From NCBI GenBank assembly GCA_002269645.1, contig NIVC01000800.1, forward strand, positions 254,710-318,709: a DNA stretch of 64,000 nucleotides, in the 5' to 3' direction. Source of the stretch: Macrostomum lignano (Eukaryota). The notes under the pieces are model-generated. The model ran no database searches. It was not told where the DNA came from and saw only the letters and a list, made by a program, of their open reading frames with translations. Of this stretch, positions 56,298 to 64,000 are shown piece after piece (position 1 is the first letter of the stretch; every line of letters begins with the position of its first letter). Made by a program: the position numbers and the translations under genes.

Positions 56298-56769
56298 TCG
56301 CTAGCATGGGGTCAACTTGCTTTCCATTCCAGTCAGTCCCAGTGCTGTGTTCAGTAGTCCATGGTCTTCCCCGACTGTACGCGTACTGCCAAATGCGCAG
56401 GAACTTTCACCCTCCTACCCAGCCAGCCACTTACCGAGTGCCGCACCGCCCTCCACCAGCACAGGCGAAGTGTGGCTTGGCCACAACCCCCCCCCCCCAA
56501 TCGTCTGCAGTTTTTGTCTTCTGCATGCCAGCCAGTCCGGCTCCCTCTGACCCACCAGAAACTGTCCAATCTCCCATCCAGCATCCAGGCTTCATCAGCG
56601 TTCAGTTGTGCATCAGCCCAGACCTTTTATTAGTCCTAGACCGAACCTTCCGTAACCTTTTTTACATTCACCTTACTGGCGCGGTGATTAACTGGGCTTT
56701 TCTGCTTTTAACTTGATCTGCTTAACTCTTTTGTATTGCCGTCGATTAACGATTTGCGCATTGGTTTCC

Positions 56770-57034
56770 ATGGCAACTAACGAATTGGACAGCATACTGG
56801 ACAGTCTGCACGCCCTGCAGCTGGACTTGGACAAGTGTCTGCGCGAGGAGAATCGCGAGGCGAAACGGAAGCCAGAGGAAGAGCCGCCGCCACCACCGCC
56901 GCCGCAGCAAAAGCAACAACAGCAGCAGCAACAACAATGTCTAGAAGCTTTGCTGGAGATGGACGAGAGTCGAGACGATTTTCCGCCGCCTCCGCCACCT
57001 GAAGAGGCAAGCAGCTGCGACCAGAACTGCCTTC
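56770..57034 (+). CDS. RAPH1: MRL-family (MIG-10/RIAM/Lamellipodin/Pico) adaptor, putative exon 1
   Basis: MATNELDSILDSLHALQLDLD amphipathic helix, polyproline, and DDFPPPPPPEE (EVH1-ligand consensus). The 3' boundary is uncertain: weak donor c|gtgcag at 57035, or GC donor at 57007. Confidence 0.55.
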
Positions 57035-57040
57035 GTGCAG

Positions 57041-57861
57041 CATGACCAGAAAATTCTTAGAAAGCAGGACCAGAGAATCCTAAGGTCTCATGACCAGAGA
57101 AACCCAAGGTCACATGACCAGAGAAACCCAGGGTCACATGACCAGAGAACCCCAAGGTCACATGACCAGAGAATCCCAAGGTCTCATGACCAGAGAATCC
57201 CAAGGTCACATGACCAGAGAATCCCAAGGTCACATGACCAGGGAAACCCAGAGCAACCCAATGTCACATAACCAGAGAATCCCAAGGTCTCATGACCAGA
57301 GAATCCCAAGGTCACACCACCAGAGAATCCCAAGGTCTCATGACCAGAGAATCCCAAGGTCACACCACCAGAGAATCCCAAGGTCTCATGACCAGAGAAA
57401 CCCAAGGTCACATGACCAGAGAATCCCAAGGTTACATAACCAGAGAATCCCAAGGTCACATAACTAGAGAAACCCAAGGTCACATGACCAGAGAATCCGA
57501 AGGTCACACCACCAGAGAATCCCAAGGTCTCATGACCAGAGAAACCCAAGGTCACATGACCAGAGAATCCCAAGGTTACATAACCAGAGAATCCCAAGGT
57601 CACATAACTAGAGAAACCCAAGGTCACATGACCAGAGAAACCCAGAGCAACCCAATGTCACATAACCAGAGAAACTCAGGGTCACATGACCAGAGAACCC
57701 CAAGGTCACATGACCAGAGAAACCCAAGGTCACACTACCAGAGAATCCCAAGGTCACATGACCAGAGAATCCGAAGGTCACACCACCAGAGAATCCCAAG
57801 GTCTCATGACCAGAGAAACTCAAGGTCTCATGACCAGAGAAACCCAAGGTCACATGACCAG
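57041..57861. repeat. 24-bp minisatellite catgaccagagaatcccaaggtca (probably intron 1 of the MRL gene)
   Basis: Period 24, with two 34-bp interruption units (~57240, ~57635). Confidence 0.96.
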
Positions 57862-57901
57862 AGCCTAACAAAGGTGCTTCAAATTTGCCACCTTCCCACA
57901 G

Positions 57902-58547
57902 CTGACGCAGCTCCCAGACTTTCCTGGCAGCCCGCAGTCCCAGCAGCCTCCGCTGCCGCAGCAGCAGCAGCCGCATCCGAGGTGGCATCGAATGACTCCG
58001 GGATCCACGCCGAGTCGCCCACGACGGTTAGACGCTCCGGCGCTGCTGTCGCAGCCAGTCTGTCGCCGAAGCTGAAGACCAGCCCGCAGGCTTTGATCTT
58101 CTCCGCGCCTCCGGAAGCCAGGCGGACACCGGCATCGATGAACCGGTCTCAGCACTCCCCTGCTCCCCCGCGGCCGGTGCTGCAGCCACCGCCAACCATT
58201 CGGCTGCCGCTAGAAGCAGTCTGCAAGAAGACGGCCAAGCAGCAAGAGGCTGGGGACCTCAGCCTCAGCTGGTCCGTCAGCAAATGTCGCTGCAGGAAAC
58301 CAAGTCTGGCACTTCGTCGGTGGCTTACGAAGAGGAGGCCATCCTGCCGAGCCTGATGTCCGTGACTCAGCCGGAGCGGCCACATCAGCAGCAGCAGCAG
58401 CAGCAACAAAAGCAGAAAGCACCGCAGTCGCCAACGCCCTCGGAAAGCCCGGTGCCCATTGCCGGAGGAAACGCCTTCTACTTGTCCAGCATGCGAGAGC
58501 GCATCCGGGTGATGGACCAGCTGTTCAACAAGACCAACCTGACCAGG
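57902..58547 (+). CDS. RAPH1: MRL adaptor exon 2 (low-complexity linker plus pre-RA helix); one apparent 1-nt deletion
   Basis: CTAAC branch point at ~57865, pyrimidine tract and cacag| at 57901. Frame shifts at gggg 58252-58255. Ends ...SSMRERIRVMDQLFNKTNLTR|gtgagg, phase 0. Confidence 0.7.
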
Positions 58548-58587
58548 GTGAGGCGCCGGACTCACTGGGGTCACAGGCTGCACACTG

Positions 58588-59236
58588 GGTTACAGAATGG
58601 CATCTAGAGGCATATGCATTAGGTTACAGAATGGCATCTAGAGGCATATGCATTAGGCTACAGAATGGCATCTAGAGGCATATGCATTAGGTTACAGAAT
58701 GGCATCTAGAGGCATATGCATTAGGTTACAGAATGGCATCTAGAGGCATATGCATTAGGTTACAGAATGGCATCTAGAGGCATATGCATTAGGCTACAGA
58801 ATGGCATCTAGAGGCATATGCATTAGGTTACAGAATGGCATCTAGAGGCATATGCATTAGGCTACAGAATGGCATCTAGAGACATATGCATTAGGCTACA
58901 GAATGGCATCTAGAGGCATATGCATTAGGTTACAGAATGGCATCTAGAGGCATATGCATTAGGCTACAGAATGGCATCTAGAGGCATATGCATTAGGCTA
59001 CAGAATGGCATCTAGAGGCATATGCATTAGGTTACAGAATGGCATCTAGAGGCATATGCATTAGGCTACAGAATGGCATCTAGAGGCATATGCATTAGGT
59101 TACAGAATGGCATCTAGAGGCATATGCATTAGGTTACAGAATGGCATCTAGAGGCATATGCATTAGGTTACAGAATGGCATCTAGAGGCATATGCATTAG
59201 GCTACAGAATGGCATCTAGAGGCATATGCATTAGGC
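58588..59236. repeat. 34-bp minisatellite ttacagaatggcatctagaggcatatgcattagg
   Basis: ~19 copies in MRL intron 2. Confidence 0.97.
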
Positions 59237-59625
59237 TGCAAAGTGGCACTAAGAAGGGGACACATTAGGCTGTAAAGTGGCACTGTAAAAGGATGCTACT
59301 TCAGTATAAATGCTAAAGTTTCAAAATCCTTTCACATCGAATGGCACAAATCTTTAATGGAGGCAGAATTTCACCCCAAATTTCCTGAACTGATTCAACC
59401 TGGTTCGTATCAACTGCTTTAAAGCAGATGTTTACAAAAGATATGGAATTTCTGTTTCGCAGTCTGCAACATACTTAGCATTCCCGCATAAATAAAGGCA
59501 TATTTTATAAATTTGATACTTGCTACAGAAACGCAAGCATGAAATGTTTATTTCTTGGAAACTGCAGCAAGCAAGTTCGGTGTATTGCAACTAGGAGCCA
59601 ACAATGTTCCCCTCCACCTCTGCAG

Positions 59626-59785
59626 ATGGCCGTGCGGATCCACTGCTTGGATCGAACGACGAAAATGCTGGCTCTTGATGAGAGATCCAAAACTGGCCTG
59701 GTCTGCACCATGATGGCCAACAAGAGCCTGGCTGACAGGCGCCTGAACCACTGCATTGTGGAGAAGCTGCCGGACATGAAAATGG
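59626..59785 (+). CDS. RAPH1: MRL adaptor exon, RA domain N-half
   Basis: ctctgcag| MAVRIHCLDRTTKMLALDERSKT...NHCIVEKLPDMKM g|gttggt. Aligns by eye with the RIAM/Lpd/Grb7 RA pattern (VKV..D.STKSL.VDER...L.E..P). Confidence 0.88.
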
Positions 59786-59798
59786 GTTGGTGACCTGC

Positions 59799-60330
59799 CC
59801 TCTACCCTCGGGGTGTCAGCGTCTCTACCCTCGGGTGCCTGCGCCTCTACCCTCGGGGTGTGTACGGCTCTACCCTCGGGGTGTCTGCGTCTCTACCCTC
59901 GGGTGCCTGCGCCTCTACCCTCGGGGTGTGTACGGCTCTACCCTCGGGTATCTGCGGCTCTACCCTCGGGGTGTCTGCGCCTCTACCCTCGGGGTGTCAG
60001 CGTCTCTACCCTCGGGTGCCTGCGCCTCTACCCTCGGGGTGTGTACGGCTCTACCCTCGGGGTGTCTGCGTCTCTACCCTCGGGTGCCTGCGCCTCTACC
60101 CTCGGGGTGTGTACGGCTCTACCCTCGGGGTATCTGCGGCTCTACCCTCGGGGTGTCTGCGCCTCTACCCTCGGGGTGTCTGCGTCTCTACCCTCGGGGT
60201 ATCTGCGTCTCTACCCTCAGGTGTCTACCTAATCTACTCTCAGTCTCAGATGTCTACCTAATCTACTCTCAAGTGTCTACCTAATCTACCCTCAGGTGTC
60301 TACCTAGTCTACTCTCAGGTCTCTACTCTA
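59799..60330. repeat. ~21/22-bp minisatellite ctctaccctcggggtgtctgcg
   Basis: Starts 13 nt after the 59786 donor. Confidence 0.95.
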
Positions 60331-60776
60331 ACTTCAACCTCGATTATGCTCAAGTGTCTGTCTTCTTACCAACTGTTCACCCCCAGAACTTCAATCCCTG
60401 TGCAGTTTACTCAGCCGAGTTCTATTTATGCTCATAAATCATCTCCCTTCAGGGCATTGCCGCCAGGATTTATATGGAAAGATTAGAACCGAAAAACCTT
60501 GACACCCCCACTGAGTGGCGCCTCTGCCAGTCACCAAAACTGTCTTTAGTCCACAGCCAATTACTGGGTAATTGCCCATGATAATTACACCCTGCAGACC
60601 CTGGCCATTCTCGAGTTTGATCGGTTCGGTCGGTGTGATGCGTGAATGATAAATCGGAATTGTGATTGAAACAGTCCGGACTTTATTGGGAGTTTTGTCT
60701 CAGCTCCTTTACAATGAGAGTTTAAGTATTTTTTCGCACATTTGCTTACCAGGCTTAAATCCCTGCCATTCTCAAC

Positions 60777-61122
60777 TTCCTCACAGAGATACCCTCACAG
60801 AGATACCCTCACAGAGATACCCTCACAGAGATACCCTCACAGAGATACCCTCACAGAGATACCCTCACAGAGATACCCTCACAGAGATACCCTCACAGAG
60901 ATACCCTCACAGAGATACCCTCACAGAGATACCCTCACAGAGATACCCTCACAGAGATACCCTCACAGAGATACCCTCACAGAGATACCCTCACAGAGAT
61001 ACCCTCACAGAGATACCCTCACAGAGATACCCTCACAGAGATACCCTCACAGAGATACCCTCACAGAGATACCCTCACAGAGATACCCTCACAGAGATAC
61101 CCTCACAGAGATACCCTCACAG
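60777..61122. repeat. Perfect 14-bp minisatellite cctcacagagatac
   Basis: ~24 copies. Confidence 0.98.
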
Positions 61123-61159
61123 AAGGCCCAGCACTTCTGCGCCTCGGTTCCGGTGTCCT

Positions 61160-61312
61160 TTGCCCTCTCCAGACTCTCCCTTTGCCCTCTCCAGACTCTC
61201 CCTTTACCCTCTCTAGACTCTCCCTTTGCCCACTCCAGACTCTCCCTTTACTCTCTCTAGACTCTTCCTTTACCCTATCTAGACTCTTCGTTTACCCTCT
61301 CTAGACTCTCGC
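61160..61312. repeat. 23-bp pyrimidine repeat ctctccagactctccctttaccc
   Basis: Runs into the polypyrimidine tract of the 61337 acceptor. Confidence 0.88.
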
Positions 61313-61337
61313 ACTCCCTCACCCTCCCCACCCGCAG

Positions 61338-61459
61338 AGAGGATAATTGAAGATCATGAGTTGCTGGGCGACACCTTACTGGCTTGGCCGGCCAACTCCA
61401 AAAATTTGCTGTTCTTCGAGGAGCGCGAAGAGAAGTTCGGAGCGCTGACCAACCCGGAT
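61338..61459 (+). CDS. RAPH1: MRL adaptor exon, RA domain C-half
   Basis: cccgcag|ag completes Glu (phase 1). ERIIEDHELLGDTLLAWPANSKNLLFFEEREEKFGALTNPD matches ER..EDHE...W......N...F......K.....NP. Donor gtgagc. Confidence 0.9.
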
Positions 61460-61544
61460 GTGAGCTGCTCAGGAAATATTATTAGTCCTCTGAAAGAAAA
61501 TTGTGAACATCAAAATTTCCCTTATTTGCCTCCAATTTTTGAAG

Positions 61545-61616
61545 GTCTACCTGGGCGGCACCTTCACAAGGGAGAGAGGCGAGTCCACCCAGCAGCAGAT
61601 GAGCAGGGTCATCAAT
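61545..61616 (+). CDS. RAPH1: MRL adaptor exon, RA-PH linker
   Basis: tttttgaag| 72 nt, VYLGGTFTRERGESTQQQMSRVIN |gtgagt. Phase 0/0, flanked by an 85-bp intron. Confidence 0.8.
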
Positions 61617-61829
61617 GTGAGTCAGCTCATTACGCCTGACAGCTTAACTTTTTTAGGGATCCATAAGGATTGGAGAGCAGAAACACGAAATAGAATGGAT
61701 TGTTAGCTTTGGGATAAAGTACACGAAGTTAAATCGGAAATTACTCATATCTGCCATCGAAGACTGACTGACCAGAACAACGGATGGAACCATTTTTGGG
61801 ATCAAGGATATGAAAACGTTGAAAATTCC

Positions 61830-62450
61830 CAAATTAGGGATCACTGACCTGGGAGCTTCCTTTTGGAAGCTTCCTTTTAGGAGCTTCCGGAATCCCAAAT
61901 TAGGGATCACTGACATGGAATGATAGAAAATCCACAAATTAGGGATCACTGACATGGAATCCTAGAAAATCCCCAAATTAGGGATCACTGACATGGAATC
62001 ATAGAAAATCCCCAAATTAGGGATCACTGACATGGAATCCTAAAAAATCCCCAAGTTAGGGATCACTGACATGGAATCCTAAAAAATCCCCAAGTTAGGG
62101 ATCACTGACATGGAATCCTAAAAAATCCCCATATTAGGGATCACTGACATGGAATCCTTAAAAATCCCCAAATTAGGGATCACTGACATGGAATCCTAAA
62201 AAATCCCCATATTAGGGATCACTGACATGGAATCCTTAAAATCCCCAAATTAGGGATCACTGACATGGAATCCTAGAAAATCCCCAAATTAGGGATCACT
62301 GACATGGAATCCTAGAAAATCCCCAAATTAGGGATCACTGACATGGAATTATAGAAAATCCCCAAATTAGGGATCACTGACATTGAATCCTAAAAAATCC
62401 CCATATTAGGGATCACTGACATGGAATCCTAAAAAATCCCCAAATTATTG
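61830..62450. repeat. 39-bp minisatellite aattagggatcactgacatggaatcctaaaaaatcccca
   Basis: Period measured from 62041 to 62080. Confidence 0.95.
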
Positions 62451-62934
62451 GTCACTGGTACGGGAGCTTCAAGATAAAAAAAGAGATCACGGAAACAGCA
62501 GCTAGGAAAATCCCAAATTTGGGATATCTGGGAAAACGCATAAAGGAAGCTTTAGATATCCCTGCTGTTTTGTCCCAGATGCTTAACGATCAAAGTCAGT
62601 CGCCGAGATGATAAAAATCTCAACTTCAAGAGGGCTGTTGAAGTCTTGGGGCAACTTTTTTGTTCTTGGGAAGAGGCGGAGCTCAACTGATAGCTGGGGC
62701 TGAAGCCATCTGCCACCGCAACAGCTGTGCGAGGTAGATGGACAGATTGGGGGCTCAGTCGGCACGCGCATAGCCGCTCGGGCTTGTCAATATTGAAGTT
62801 ATTCAAATGCCCCCCAGGAGTCTTGACGGGTCACGTGATGTAATAAAACTTTCAAAATTTGCCCACTCGACAATATTGATTGCGACACAAGATATCGATA
62901 TCTATCTGACACCTGGCAATGTGCCAATTAGAGA

Positions 62935-62985
<51 letters not shown>

Positions 62986-62986
62986 T

Positions 62987-63068
<82 letters not shown>

Positions 63069-63116
63069 GGATAGATAGATAGATAGATAGATCGATAGAT
63101 AGATAGACAGATAGAT

Positions 63117-63159
<43 letters not shown>

Positions 63160-63160
63160 G
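62935..63160. repeat. (GATA)n microsatellite
   Basis: Ends ~35 nt before the 63193 acceptor. Confidence 0.97.
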
Positions 63161-63193
63161 GATATGCAGACAGACTGCACACTCGCCACCCAG

Positions 63194-63329
63194 GACCTGT
63201 TCGAAGGCGAGGGCAGCGCTCCGCCCATCAAGGACACGCTCCACGTTCGCCTGGCCGGCACGAAGTCTGGAAGAAACGGCTGTGCATCCTCCGCAGCTCC
63301 GGCATTTACGCTGTGAAGAAGGCAAATCG
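63194..63329 (+). CDS. RAPH1: MRL adaptor exon, PH domain start; apparent 1-nt deletion at ~63266
   Basis: cacccag| DLFEGEGSAPPIKDTLHVRLAGTK, then in the -1 frame WKKRLCILRSSGIYAVKK (family KSWK+R...LR.SGIY..K). Donor gtgagt at 63330. Confidence 0.85.
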
Positions 63330-63459
63330 GTGAGTCTTATGACCAGTTTGTGACCCTATGACCAGAATTTTGTATAGTTCATGATTAGATTGAATAGCAT
63401 CATGGAAATCGTAATGAGTTAATAAAATGATTTATGCTAAATAACGCCGCCCCCTGCAG

Positions 63460-63569
63460 GAGCTGAAATGCGTCACCAGCCTCTCCGGTTACCACCTGTT
63501 CACCACGCTGGGCGGCTGGACTTCAAAAGGAAGATTGAGGCTCCCACACCTCACGGCTTTGCGCTGAAG
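63460..63569 (+). CDS. RAPH1: MRL adaptor exon, PH domain middle; apparent 1-nt deletion at ~63517
   Basis: cctgcag| ELKCVTSLSGYHLFTTLG, then shifted frame FKRKIEAPTPHGFALK (family K.Y.APT...F.LK). Donor gtgacc. Confidence 0.82.
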
Positions 63570-63609
63570 GTGACCCTGCCGCTTTGATGCTTTGATGTTG
63601 CTCATTCTA

Positions 63610-63872
63610 ATCAATGACCAGATTGGATCAATGACCAGATTAGATCAATGACCAAAGATTAGATCAATGACCAATGATTAGATCAATGACCAAAGATTAG
63701 ATCAATGACCAATGATTAGATCAATGACCAAAGATTAGATCAATGACCAGATTAGATTAATGACCAGATTGGATCAATGACTAGATTAGACCAATGACCA
63801 GATTAGACCAATGACCAGATTAGACCAATGACCAGATTAGATCAATGACAGATTAGACCAATGACCAAGATC
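63610..63872. repeat. 17-bp minisatellite gatcaatgaccagatta
   Basis: Direct reading; inside a 361-bp intron. Confidence 0.94.
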
Positions 63873-63930
63873 CATGACCCAACTCGAAATGAGCAAAGTG
63901 CTCTCACACCCACCCTGTTCTCCACCGCAG

Positions 63931-64000
63931 GCCCTGCAAACGCACAGTCTGCAGTCAAAGCAAATTCACTTCTTCGCTGCCGCCAACGAAGCGTCGATGA
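63931..64000 (+). CDS. RAPH1: MRL adaptor exon, PH domain continuation (truncated by window edge)
   Basis: ctgttctccaccgcag| ALQTHSLQSKQIHFFAAANEASM. Phase 0, positioned like Q......IKYLC.DD of the family PH domain. Confidence 0.78.

Noticed and set aside
60449-60527. cagggcattgccgccaggattt ... gtggcgcctctg as a MITE
   Set aside because: Ends are too divergent and there is no TSD.

Overview
Eukaryotic (metazoan) genomic DNA. Short GC-rich, Q/P/A/S-rich exons are embedded in a very dense patchwork of about 45 micro- and minisatellite arrays. The style resembles Macrostomum-type flatworm genomes, but that is inference only. Three spliced + strand genes can be built by hand: (1) a ZNF608/ZNF609/brakeless(scribbler)-like gene at ~1781-10750 (possible last exon to 11972); (2) a second, divergent, compact paralog at 39056-42098; (3) an MRL-family (MIG-10/RIAM/Lamellipodin) RA-PH adaptor from 56770 running off the right edge. 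Genes 1 and 3 need several single-base corrections, almost all in short homopolymers; consensus error is the most likely cause. Nearly all long ORFs in the track are translations of tandem repeats. The most unusual observations are: every intron longer than ~300 bp carries its own private tandem repeat; one intronic minisatellite is an amplified copy of the adjacent 5' splice site; two pairs of inverted minisatellite arms (foldback-like), one nested concentrically around a promoter-like core; several unrelated arrays share a GGCGCC core that may derive from MITE ends; an intact 182-bp MITE with an 8-bp TSD; and a 4.2-kb minisatellite with higher-order structure abutting a tRNA-like head. No CRISPR, rRNA or autonomous transposon ORF is supported.
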